In this document: one piece after another, positions 8,384 through 16,701 of the stretch | How positions within the stretch are numbered: position 1 is the first letter of the stretch | How the letters are laid out: each line of letters opens with the position of its first letter | Translations under genes and position numbers: made by a program | IMG/VR virus record: IMGVR_UViG_3300005077_000082 | Coordinates: 1 to 30,172 of that record | DNA length: 30,172 nucleotides | Source of the DNA: a virus | Lineage: Duplodnaviria; Caudoviricetes | Direction: 5' to 3' (one strand) | The notes under the pieces: generated by a model | What the model saw: the letters and a program-made list of their open reading frames with translations, nothing else | Databases searched by the model: none | What the model was told of the DNA's origin: nothing

Positions 8384-8427
8384 GAAAGGTCGCACCTTTG
8401 CCTACACTGGCAAGGGCGCGACCTTTC
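8384..8427. repeat. 19-bp inverted repeat with 6-bp spacer (operator, recombination site or terminator)
   Basis: gaaaggtcgcacctttgcc-tacact-ggcaagggcgcgacctttc; 17 of 19 positions match. Confidence 0.8.
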
Positions 8428-8496
8428 GCACCTTATTACAGCACAGCGGGTCAGCCGGCCTGCCGGTGCACGTATGCGTTGCCTTCTTTCTCGTGA

Positions 8497-9774
8497 TCAT
8501 GCGTTCGCCTCCCTCGTCTCGTCGTCGAGCACGGAGCCGTCCTCGATGACGATCGCGCTTGGGTCCCCGCTGCCGACTCGCTCGAGCCAGACCTGCGCGT
8601 CGGCGTTCGCCGCCATGTCGGCGACCATGCGCATGCTGTCGTCGTCGAGCACGGAGCCGTCGCGGATCAGTAGCACCTTCAGCTGCGGGTGCAGCGCGAG
8701 GCCGATCGCGACCGAGACGCGCAGCCGTTCGGCCTGCGACGCCTGCTCGAGCGGGATCCCGTGCAGGGTCGGACCCGACTCGTCGAAACCGAGCCCTTCG
8801 ACGGGGAATCGTGCCGCCGCGATGCGCGCAGCCTTCTCCTCGTCGATCGACGTGATGGCGTCGGACAGGACATCGACCCGTTCGCTGGCCGCGTCGGCTT
8901 GCTCGCGCAGCTTGCGCCATGCGTCGTTGGCGGCGACCTCTGCGTTGACGCGCTGCGCGTTCGCGAGCGCCGCCTTGACCGAGTCCGTGTCGGGCTTGGC
9001 CATGCTGTTGAGCTCCTTCTGCTGCCGGTCAAACGCGGCGGAGAACGTCTTGACGTCGTCCTCCACGTCGGCGAGCTCTGCAGCGAGGCGCTCGAGCTGC
9101 GCCTTGAGTCTATCGCGCACGACGGAGGCGCGCTCGAGGTTATCGGCGAACTGATCGGCCTTCTGCTTGGCCGACTGCACCGCGCGGTCCTTCGTCGTCT
9201 CCTCGTCGAGCCGCTGCAGCAAGGCCTCGATGCTGACCGCTTCCGGCGGCGCGTCGCGGTAGGTCGGAGCCGCGTCCGCTCGCGCCGCCAGGGCCTTCGC
9301 GTCCCGGGAAACCGCGGTGCGCTCGGCGTAGAGCGCGGCACGCGACTTGTCCAGATCGGCCGTGTCGATGCCGAGCAGGTCACGCAGGACGCGGTCCTGC
9401 TCTGCCGGCTTCATGCGCGCGAACGCCAACGGATCGAAGGCGACCCGCGAGCAGAGCGCGTCAAGCAGCGCTTGAGGCGACCGCTGAGGAACGCCCGCCG
9501 CGTCCTTCACGACGAGCTCGGTGCCCTTCGGCGAGAACGTCCGCTCAACGACGATGTCGCCCAGGTCGGCGACGATGCGCGCGCGGCGTGCGCCTCGACG
9601 CACCGGCTCGGGCGGGATCGACGCCTTGCCGCCGAGCGCGATCTCGATCGCGTCGAGCGTGCTCGACTTCCCCTGCGCGTTGCGTCCGCCGATGATGACG
9701 ACGGGCCCGCTTGGCTCGATGCGCACGGCGCGCAGACGCTTGATGTTCTCGGCTTCCAGCTTGATGATCTTCAT
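8497..9774 (-). CDS. SbcC/Rad50/SMC-like ATPase (AAA_23) with coiled coil
   Basis: N-terminal Walker A GRNAQGKSS, long coiled coil, signature ASQAE, Walker B-like LLIRDGSVLD. Confidence 0.85.
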   Translation of the reverse strand: MKIIKLEAENIKRLRAVRIEPSGPVVIIGGRNAQGKSSTLDAIEIALGGKASIPPEPVRRGARRARIVADLGDIVVERTFSPKGTELVVKDAAGVPQRSPQALLDALCSRVAFDPLAFARMKPAEQDRVLRDLLGIDTADLDKSRAALYAERTAVSRDAKALAARADAAPTYRDAPPEAVSIEALLQRLDEETTKDRAVQSAKQKADQFADNLERASVVRDRLKAQLERLAAELADVEDDVKTFSAAFDRQQKELNSMAKPDTDSVKAALANAQRVNAEVAANDAWRKLREQADAASERVDVLSDAITSIDEEKAARIAAARFPVEGLGFDESGPTLHGIPLEQASQAERLRVSVAIGLALHPQLKVLLIRDGSVLDDDSMRMVADMAANADAQVWLERVGSGDPSAIVIEDGSVLDDETREANA

Positions 9775-9776
9775 GA

Positions 9777-11069
9777 TTATGCTCCTTCGGTTGCTGTCTT
9801 CTCCTGCCACATGGGCAGCGCTGCTTCGGGCATGGCTTTGGCGCGCAGCGGGTTGTTCAGGTACAGGCAATGCACTCCGATTGACCGATGCCCCGTCAGA
9901 GCCATGGCCGCGTGGATGTTGACGCCCGCCTCGGCGAGGGCTTGGGCGTAGGCCCGCCGCCAAGAATGGAAGTCGACCGGGCGCGTGTACTTGCCGCCCT
10001 CGAGCAGCTCAACCTCACGAGGCGTGAGCGGCCGGGCTTGCGTCCAGGTCCAGGTGTTGAGCGGCCGACCGTTGGCGCGCACCTTGTCGTGCCGGGTGGG
10101 CACGTCGATCCCGAACGCGCGGCGAAGGTCCCGCCTCAGGGCCGCCGCGTGGCTCACACCGATCTTTTCCTCGCCTGCCCGGTCCCCTCGGCGGACAGGG
10201 AATACAAGCCCCTCTGCCGGCCGTCCGTGGCGCTCCCACCAATTGCGCAGGATCGGCCGCAGGAGCTCGGGAATCACGAGCCGTTGTGGCGCCGCCTCTT
10301 TGCGCCGCAGCGACCATCCGACCTCGAAGTCTGGCGGGTTGAGGTCTGCCCAGGTGAGACAGTGCAGGTCGCCCGCGCGACTGCCGCCGAACATGCGCGA
10401 CACGGCAGACATGGTCTGCCGCTCAAGCACGCCGCCCTGCTGCGCCGGGTCGGGATGCGTCCACGAAAGGTAGCGCAGGAGTTCGTCATCGGTCAGCACG
10501 GCCCGCTGCTTGCGCACCTCGCGCGGGTACTCAGGCAGGCTCGCACCATGCGCCGGGTTCGAGCTCACCGCATCTTCCCTTTCAAGCGCCTTGAACACGT
10601 TGGCAACGTCCTGCCGCAAGTGGGCGCAAGTCTGCTTGGCGCGGCCGTCGTCTCGGCAGGCGTCCAGCGCGTCGCACACTAGCGTCCGCGTCACCTTGTC
10701 GATCGGAAGCGAACCGAACTCAGGGAATGCCCACTTGCTGAGCCGCGCCATCGCCTGAGCATCGCCGCGGCCACCGCTTCCGAGCACGCGCTCTGCCGCC
10801 TCAGCGAATGTCTCCGGACGGGAGGCACCGGGGAGCGCGCCGTCTTCGGTCTCGACAAGCAAACGGGCCAGCCTCAACTTCGCCGCATACCGGCTCAACG
10901 TGCCCAGGTCGAAGACCTTCTGCACGCGCTCGCCGTCGACGGTGACCGTCAGCCGCGCGCGCCAGCCGGACGCCCCGCGCTGCAAATGCCCCGTGCGCGG
11001 CCGGCCCGGCCTTCGCCGCACCTGCTTGTCGGGTGACTGGGTGCGTGGTGCTTGTCTATCCGCGACCAC
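9777..11069 (-). CDS. int: Tyrosine recombinase / integrase
   Basis: Catalytic set GSRAGD (R), DFHSWRR (HxxR), LTGH (H), HCLY (Y); N-terminal arm-binding-like GWRARLTV; AAGGAG RBS before GTG at 11069 (start uncertain). Confidence 0.9.
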   Translation of the reverse strand: MVADRQAPRTQSPDKQVRRRPGRPRTGHLQRGASGWRARLTVTVDGERVQKVFDLGTLSRYAAKLRLARLLVETEDGALPGASRPETFAEAAERVLGSGGRGDAQAMARLSKWAFPEFGSLPIDKVTRTLVCDALDACRDDGRAKQTCAHLRQDVANVFKALEREDAVSSNPAHGASLPEYPREVRKQRAVLTDDELLRYLSWTHPDPAQQGGVLERQTMSAVSRMFGGSRAGDLHCLTWADLNPPDFEVGWSLRRKEAAPQRLVIPELLRPILRNWWERHGRPAEGLVFPVRRGDRAGEEKIGVSHAAALRRDLRRAFGIDVPTRHDKVRANGRPLNTWTWTQARPLTPREVELLEGGKYTRPVDFHSWRRAYAQALAEAGVNIHAAMALTGHRSIGVHCLYLNNPLRAKAMPEAALPMWQEKTATEGA

Positions 11070-11071
11070 CG

Positions 11072-11413
11072 TCAAACGCTCCTTCCGCGTCGCGCGCCCG
11101 CCACCATGACCAGTAGAGCGCGCATGCGATCGCGATCGTCTCCGACTGCACCGCCCGCGTAAACGCGAATGTCGGCGATGTGCAGGTGCGGTCGCAGGGG
11201 CGGCGCCGTCGTGATCCGCACCAGCGAGTATTCCTCCGTGTCGCCGCCGTCGCAGAGCACGCACTCGATCCGCGCGCCTTGCGGCTCAGCCGTCATTCGC
11301 ACCGGGCAGTCGGGCTCGACATGAAACATGACATCGGGCGGCCGGTTGCCGCCGTCACTCTTCGGCGGAAGCGTGCCGGGATGCTGCGTGATCTCGAAGC
11401 AGAACCTATGCAT
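11072..11413 (-). CDS. Hypothetical protein (113 aa)
   Basis: GAGGAGG RBS; fills the gap between the methyltransferase and the integrase. Confidence 0.6.
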   Translation of the reverse strand: MHRFCFEITQHPGTLPPKSDGGNRPPDVMFHVEPDCPVRMTAEPQGARIECVLCDGGDTEEYSLVRITTAPPLRPHLHIADIRVYAGGAVGDDRDRMRALLVMVAGARRGRSV

Positions 11414-11414
11414 G

Positions 11415-12443
11415 TCAGTCCTCCTCTGTATCTGTCTCGCATGTCGCGTGATCTGCCGAGGCGTCTTCTCCTGGGCGACGACAGGCGAGTGCAGCGCGTT
11501 TCGCGTCGCCCTTGACGAAAACAAGAACGTTCTGGTGGCACTTACAGAGCTTTCTGCTTGAGCGGAATTGCTTGGATACACGCAGACTTGCCGACCCGAC
11601 CGGCGTGACAAGCACGGCCTCGTTGTAGAAGCGAGCACCGACGGACTCGAAGCCCCGAACAGTCTCACCGACCAGGTCTCGATAGAAACCCTTTGGATCG
11701 CGGAAGTTGCCGACGACGAAGCACGCGAACCGATCGTCTGCAAGCCGCCCAACAGACCGCAAGATGATCCGCTTGTAGGCCGTGACGAAGGCGTGCCATT
11801 CCAAAGACGACAGATCGCGCGGGTCGTCCGAATACCTTTCAAGGTCTCCGTATGGTGGACACGAGAAGACGAAGTCGGCAGCTGGCGACGATTCCAGAGT
11901 GTCTGTTGAGTCGCCGCAAACCCAAGTTGGGCGCGCTTCTGGCACGATGGCTTCCGCTTGCTCCTCGTTGGCGTCGACTTGCTTGCGCCGCAGCTCACTT
12001 CCCCAGTGCTTGAGCCCGAGGCAGGTCGCGACGATTCCCCGCACTGAGCCGCCCGCGAACGGATCGACGACTTGCCCACCTAAAGGGCAGAACCAGCGGT
12101 AAGCAATCTCACAGAGGACAGGATCGAAAGCAGATGCCTTTTCGCCCCGCAGGGCCATTAAACGCCGGGCTTCGGTTTGACACGGGCTGGTTGCCCAGTC
12201 GTTCCAGTTGCGAAACCCATCTGAGTCTCTCCCCTCTTCACCTTTGATGCCGAGCGAAGTCCAGGCGCGTTTTCTCGTCAGCCACTCGCCGCCCCTGGCA
12301 TCAAACACGGTGAACGGCGGCAGCACGAACCGCGACGCGACCAGACCGCGTCGCCTGGTTTCCCTGTTCGATGGATCGCTGAAAAGCGCGCCTTGCTGCG
12401 ATTCGACGACGTCTCCGGACGTCGCGTCATGCGGTCGTGTCAT
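11415..12443 (-). CDS. DNA amino-methyltransferase (N6-A/N4-C)
   Basis: FDPVLCE..YRWF, motif I DPFAGGSVRG, motif IV FSCPPY. Confidence 0.85.
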   Translation of the reverse strand: MTRPHDATSGDVVESQQGALFSDPSNRETRRRGLVASRFVLPPFTVFDARGGEWLTRKRAWTSLGIKGEEGRDSDGFRNWNDWATSPCQTEARRLMALRGEKASAFDPVLCEIAYRWFCPLGGQVVDPFAGGSVRGIVATCLGLKHWGSELRRKQVDANEEQAEAIVPEARPTWVCGDSTDTLESSPAADFVFSCPPYGDLERYSDDPRDLSSLEWHAFVTAYKRIILRSVGRLADDRFACFVVGNFRDPKGFYRDLVGETVRGFESVGARFYNEAVLVTPVGSASLRVSKQFRSSRKLCKCHQNVLVFVKGDAKRAALACRRPGEDASADHATCETDTEED

Positions 12444-13425
12444 CGGGGTGCTCCTTGAACAGCTCGCGCTGCTTGCTCGTCGTTGTTGGCCGCAGGCAGT
12501 GCGGCGAAAACCAGATACGCTCACGGCGCGCGTTGACGTTTTCGCGGTCTTTCGCTTGCCCGGCGTACCCGCCCTGCGCCTTCCACGGCACGCAATCCCA
12601 GCTGTCGGGCATGACGTGCTCGCCCTTGTACCCACAGAGAGCGATGCGCATCAGCGGGTTGTCGCCCTGCGCGACGGCCCAGTCTCGCGCAGCGTGCGCG
12701 ACGCTGTCCGAGTCCACGCGATAGATCGCGCTGTCCCTGTTGGCAGTGTCGGCGTAGGGCGGATCGAGGAAGACCCCGGTCAGCCCTCGCGAGAACGTCA
12801 CGGCGGGTCCACAGACACGCGACCAGTCGCCGCACGCCACGCGCACATCACGGAGCCGCGTCGAAAGTGCCTGAAACCACTCGCCGAGGTGGACGCGCTG
12901 GCGCTTCACGCCTCGCCCTGCGTCGCCGAGGTGGACGAGCTGACGATTCACGCCTCGCCCGGATCCGCTGCGCACCAGCCGCCCCTCATCGTCGGGCCAC
13001 CAGGCACCACGGCGCGAGCAGAACCCCGACCCGATCCAGCACGACAGACCCCATGCCCACCAGCCCGCGATCTGCGGGTCGCACCAGTACGGATCGCCCT
13101 CGAGCCGGTCCGGTAGGTCTCCCATGCGCTGCACGAGCCAGACGTGACGCGCGTGGAGGTCGTTCTCAACGACCGGGTTGTCCGCCCATTCGGCGGTCTC
13201 ATCCGGTTTCGCTTGGATCGCGCGCCAGAAGTTGCACACCAACCCATCCAGGTCGTTGACGGTCTCGAGCCCTGTAATCGGATCCGGACGGCCGAGCAAC
13301 GTGGCGCCGCTCCCGAAGAACGGTTCGACGTAGTTGCGCACACCGCCGAACCGCTCCCAGACGAGCGGCGCAACGCGGCTCTTGCCGCCGAACCACGGGA
13401 ACGGTGCTTGAAGGACTTCACTCAT
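12427..13425 (-). CDS. Dam/D12-class DNA adenine methyltransferase
   Basis: PFPWFGGKS, YVEPFFGSGA, ETVNDLD, FLDPPY. Confidence 0.9.
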   Translation of the reverse strand: MSEVLQAPFPWFGGKSRVAPLVWERFGGVRNYVEPFFGSGATLLGRPDPITGLETVNDLDGLVCNFWRAIQAKPDETAEWADNPVVENDLHARHVWLVQRMGDLPDRLEGDPYWCDPQIAGWWAWGLSCWIGSGFCSRRGAWWPDDEGRLVRSGSGRGVNRQLVHLGDAGRGVKRQRVHLGEWFQALSTRLRDVRVACGDWSRVCGPAVTFSRGLTGVFLDPPYADTANRDSAIYRVDSDSVAHAARDWAVAQGDNPLMRIALCGYKGEHVMPDSWDCVPWKAQGGYAGQAKDRENVNARRERIWFSPHCLRPTTTSKQRELFKEHPDDTTA

Positions 13426-13657
13426 CTGGTCCGCTTGCCTTGGTCGGCAACCCCGCGCGTTTGCGCAAGTCGGGACACCAGTCCGGCGTGCGCCATGTTG
13501 AGCAGCCGATGCGGTTGATCGAGGGCCGCCGCGGGTGCACGCAGGACACGGCGAAACCGCTGTCGCCCCGCGCCACGTAGTACTCCGAGCGCACCCACTT
13601 ACACCCAAGGCGGGAGAAAAGCGGACCTTTCCGCAACATGGGACCCTTGCGCGTCAT
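13418..13657 (-). CDS. Small Cys-containing hypothetical protein
   Basis: Overlaps both neighbours in the operon; four Cys residues. Confidence 0.55.
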   Translation of the reverse strand: MTRKGPMLRKGPLFSRLGCKWVRSEYYVARGDSGFAVSCVHPRRPSINRIGCSTWRTPDWCPDLRKRAGLPTKASGPDE

Positions 13658-14028
13658 GCTGCCTTCCCGCCGTTCCTGTGCGGTCGTTTCTGGTTGTATG
13701 CGTCCTTCACGCGAACCGCCCTAGCCACGTCGACGCCGGTCTCCCGCGCCGTGTCGAGCGCGCGGATGATGATGTCCGCGATCTCCTCCTCCAAGCTCGT
13801 GAGCGTCGGAAGGCCGAGTGCGCGCATGTTCTCGGCCTTGTCGCACGGCTTGTGCAAGGCGTTCCACCGGTACGACTCCCAGAGCTCGGACACCTCACCG
13901 TGCAAGTTGGCGACCAGGTTCGCCATCGGCACGGGCTGGTCGTGAAAACCCTTCGACTTCGCCGTCTCATAGATGTGGTCGGCGATCTCGTTCAGTGCGC
14001 TCCAAGCCTCGGGCCTGATCGTTCCCAT
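13654..14028 (-). CDS. MazG-like nucleotide pyrophosphohydrolase
   Basis: LHGEVSELWE ... EEEIADIIIRALD (ExxE...ExxD) and K..YN..RP.R.GGK tail. Confidence 0.85.
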   Translation of the reverse strand: MGTIRPEAWSALNEIADHIYETAKSKGFHDQPVPMANLVANLHGEVSELWESYRWNALHKPCDKAENMRALGLPTLTSLEEEIADIIIRALDTARETGVDVARAVRVKDAYNQKRPHRNGGKAA

Positions 14029-14029
14029 G

Positions 14030-15076
14030 TCAGTCCTCCCCGGGTTCCCGCGTCGCCGCCGGTGCTGGTCCTGCCTTCGCCGCGCTCGCTTTCATCTCCG
14101 CGCGCGCCGCGGCGTGCTTCGCGACGAGCTCATCGGTCATCTCGGACGACCGCGTCCGGATGGCTCCAGCTTCCTGCGTTGCGCTGCCTGCGCCGTCATC
14201 CCGCCGCGCGTCGACGACGGCCGACCATGTCGTCTCGCCGTCGCGGATGGCCGCGTAGGTGGCGCGCAGCTCGGCGAGCTCGGCCGGTGCTAGCTGCGCG
14301 GTGTCGTGACCGAGGTACTCGGCGAGCGATCCCGGCAGCACACCGATCCCGGCGAAGGCGTCCAGGAGCTTCTTCTTTGCCGCGTCCGGGTCCTTCGCGT
14401 CGGCGTCATGCATGACGCGCACGCAAGTCTCGTCGCACTCGTCCCTGATGTCGGCGGGAAGGAGGCTCAGGACCGCGTTGCGCTTCGCCTTGGATGCCAG
14501 GGCATTGACCCTGTTCAGCACCTCGTCGTCCGTGGCCTCGACGAGGAAGACCTTGTCGCCGTAGCTGTTCAGCCGCTCGCGCAACGCACGTTGGCCCTTC
14601 TTGAGCGTCTTGCGTTCGACCGTCTTCGCGACGGTGACGTCGGTCGTGACGACCGCGTTCGTCTCGAGGTCCGTAACGGATACCCTGACGATGACCTTCT
14701 GCGCGTCGTCGTAGAGGCTCGCCGCCTCGACCGAGAGGTTGCCCATCAGCCGCATGGCCGCCTCGGCGAATCGCACGGAAAGGCCCTCGACGTGCGCGGC
14801 CTCCCACTGCCGCGTCTCCTCGTTGTACTTGCGGCCAACGGGCTTGCGGTAGCGCGCGGCCTCGGCGAATCCCGGGCGGCGGCACTCGCGCAGGAGCAGC
14901 GTGCGGACATTGTCCATGTTCCGCGGCCGCTTCATGGCGACGATGTAGCGCGCCTCGATCGTCGCCTTCGCAGATGCGGCGACCGCGGCGGCGGCGGTCT
15001 CGTGCTGCACGGCGATCTCGGTGCCGTCGTACTGGTCGCGGACGATTGCGGCTTCTTGATGAACCTGCATGGTCAT
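14030..15076 (-). CDS. Putative single-strand annealing / recombination protein
   Basis: Directly downstream of YqaJ; ARYIVAMKRPRN...EGLSVRFAE pattern; acidic REPGED tail. Function inferred from context. Confidence 0.6.
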   Translation of the reverse strand: MTMQVHQEAAIVRDQYDGTEIAVQHETAAAAVAASAKATIEARYIVAMKRPRNMDNVRTLLLRECRRPGFAEAARYRKPVGRKYNEETRQWEAAHVEGLSVRFAEAAMRLMGNLSVEAASLYDDAQKVIVRVSVTDLETNAVVTTDVTVAKTVERKTLKKGQRALRERLNSYGDKVFLVEATDDEVLNRVNALASKAKRNAVLSLLPADIRDECDETCVRVMHDADAKDPDAAKKKLLDAFAGIGVLPGSLAEYLGHDTAQLAPAELAELRATYAAIRDGETTWSAVVDARRDDGAGSATQEAGAIRTRSSEMTDELVAKHAAARAEMKASAAKAGPAPAATREPGED

Positions 15077-15079
15077 GTC

Positions 15080-16207
15080 TTATCTCCTCGTTCGGCGCCG
15101 TACGCGCTTCATGCGGATCGGCGAGCTGTTGTCGTCGTCTGTTGCGGCCCGCTCGGTCGACCCGACGGGTTCGTGTGCTGGCAGGCAGCGCGGCACTTCG
15201 CTCGTCGTCGCGACTGCGGCGACGCCGCGCGGAAGCTCCTTGATCAGAAGCGGATAGCGCGACGTGCTCGCGGGCACGACGTGCTCGGCGCGATGCACGC
15301 TCGCGAACTTCCAGACCCGCTTGCCGTTCTGCGCAACGTCCGGAAGGACGCCGTACGTCGCGCCGCCGATCGCCATCTTGATGGCGTTGCGCAGGCTCTC
15401 GCGCCTGGCATCGAGCGCCGTGATCCGCTCGGCGATGGCCTGCGCTTCCCGCGTCCACTCGAGCGCCTCTGCCGAGAGCTCGACGACCGATCCGTCCTCG
15501 ACCGGATGCAGGCGACGGATGGCCGCCGCGCTCTTCGCGGTCGGCGGTGGCGGGTCGAGACTTTCCACGCGCCGCCAGAAGTCGCCCGTCTCCTCGATGA
15601 TCAGCTCCTGGAACTCCGGCGATGCCTCGACCTCGACCAGGCACGGACGAGAGCCCTGCAGCAACGCGAACACGACCGCCGCCGGCTGTCCGATCACGAG
15701 CAGCTGCGCCTGCACCTGAACCAGCACCCACGCCGGCAGTCGTCCTTCGTCCTCGGACCACTCGCGCGGCATGCGCGAGGTCTTCCCTTCGAGCTCGAGC
15801 CACCCGGCGCCGCGGTCGATCTCCGCGTCCAACGTCGCGCCGAGCCACGCATGCCGACGGCTGCGCAGCAGCGCGCCGCCCGCGCGATAGGCCCATTCGT
15901 GCCGCTCGGCGACCGCGCGCAGGATCGGCTGCTCGAGCACCGCACCCCAGAATCTCGGGTCATCCAGACCGAGCGGCTCCGGCTCATCTTGCGCCGGAAG
16001 GATCTTATCGGCGTAGACGTCGAGCGCGCTTCGGCGCAGGTCCTCGCCGAGGATGGCAGCGACATCGCTGGCGGTGACGAGCTCCCGCCTCGCGCGCAGC
16101 CAGCGCGCGCGGTCGGATGACATGACCCCGCGCCACTCGCAGAACTCGCCGAACGCGGTCACTTCCGACGTGCGATCGCCTTCCTCCACCGCCGCCCCGT
16201 CAGCCAT
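15080..16207 (-). CDS. YqaJ-like (lambda Exo family) exonuclease
   Basis: WLRARRELVTASDVAAILG, G..LE, ATLDA, LEGKT, QVQAQL. Confidence 0.9.
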   Translation of the reverse strand: MADGAAVEEGDRTSEVTAFGEFCEWRGVMSSDRARWLRARRELVTASDVAAILGEDLRRSALDVYADKILPAQDEPEPLGLDDPRFWGAVLEQPILRAVAERHEWAYRAGGALLRSRRHAWLGATLDAEIDRGAGWLELEGKTSRMPREWSEDEGRLPAWVLVQVQAQLLVIGQPAAVVFALLQGSRPCLVEVEASPEFQELIIEETGDFWRRVESLDPPPPTAKSAAAIRRLHPVEDGSVVELSAEALEWTREAQAIAERITALDARRESLRNAIKMAIGGATYGVLPDVAQNGKRVWKFASVHRAEHVVPASTSRYPLLIKELPRGVAAVATTSEVPRCLPAHEPVGSTERAATDDDNSSPIRMKRVRRRTRR

Positions 16208-16403
16208 CTGTGACCTCACGCAGGCACTCCTGCACGGCCTCGAGATCGGCGTCGCTCGGCAGCTCGGGTCCCCGGACGATGCGCGCGCCGGTCTGCCGCG
16301 CGAGCTCGCGCAGCACCATGTCGACAAGCTCCGGGATCGGGCGTCGACCGCCGAATGCTGGACCGACCGACGCCGTGAACAGCCGCACGCGCCCGCCGCT
16401 CAC
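16200..16403 (-). CDS. Hypothetical protein
   Basis: GTGA overlap with the upstream gene; GAGG RBS. Confidence 0.5.
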   Translation of the reverse strand: MSGGRVRLFTASVGPAFGGRRPIPELVDMVLRELARQTGARIVRGPELPSDADLEAVQECLREVTDG

Positions 16404-16603
16404 GACCGCGCCTCCCGGCACCGCCGCTCGAGCACGAGGTCTTCCTCGGTCAGCTCGTAGTCCGGCGGCTCTGGCGGACCGTCGCAGTCGTCGGTCTCGC
16501 CGCGCATCTGGGCGCGCAGTGCAGCGAGCAGGTCTTCGTCCGGCGGGCAGTCGCGCCGAAACGCCTCGCGCATGTACGCTCGCAGGGATGACTGATAGGA
16601 CAT
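16400..16603 (-). CDS. Small acidic hypothetical protein
   Basis: GGAG RBS and ATG at 16603; 67 aa. Confidence 0.6.
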   Translation of the reverse strand: MSYQSSLRAYMREAFRRDCPPDEDLLAALRAQMRGETDDCDGPPEPPDYELTEEDLVLERRCREARS

Positions 16604-16630
16604 GGTCGCTCCGTCTCCGACGACGTTCGG

Positions 16631-16701
16631 GCGTCGGGCTGACGCGGGCGACCTGCGCGGCAGGAAGGGACGGCGCAATGCCGCCCGCGTCGGCTCGATG
16701 T
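16631..16701 (+). ncRNA. Candidate structured RNA (long stem plus two short hairpins)
   Basis: 16631-16650 pairs with 16682-16701 over 20 bp, and all four non-Watson-Crick pairs are G-U on the + strand. Inner hairpins cctgc/gcagg and cggc/gccg. Confidence 0.45.

Noticed and set aside
8384-8427. Protelomerase (telRL) site
   Set aside because: The repeat has an asymmetric spacer rather than a perfect central palindrome, and the recombinase looks like a standard integrase.
8373-8549. Small ORFs crossing the intergenic region (MPKKKGRTF... on +; MITRKKATH... at 8402-8500 on -)
   Set aside because: The + ORF opposes the operon and overlaps the inverted repeat. The 32-aa minus ORF has an ATGA overlap and cannot be excluded, but has no other support.
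11415-13425. Restriction-modification system
   Set aside because: No endonuclease or specificity subunit is adjacent; context is a phage early operon.
14306-16120. 604-aa + strand ORF, and similar long ORFs at 6764-8158, 8689-9951 and 23045-23971
   Set aside because: Antisense shadows of well-supported genes, expected in high-GC DNA; no motifs.
16631-16701. Possible tRNA, hammerhead ribozyme or SRP-like RNA
   Set aside because: No T-loop/anticodon cloverleaf, no CUGAnGA/GAAA core, and no proper SRP domain IV motif.
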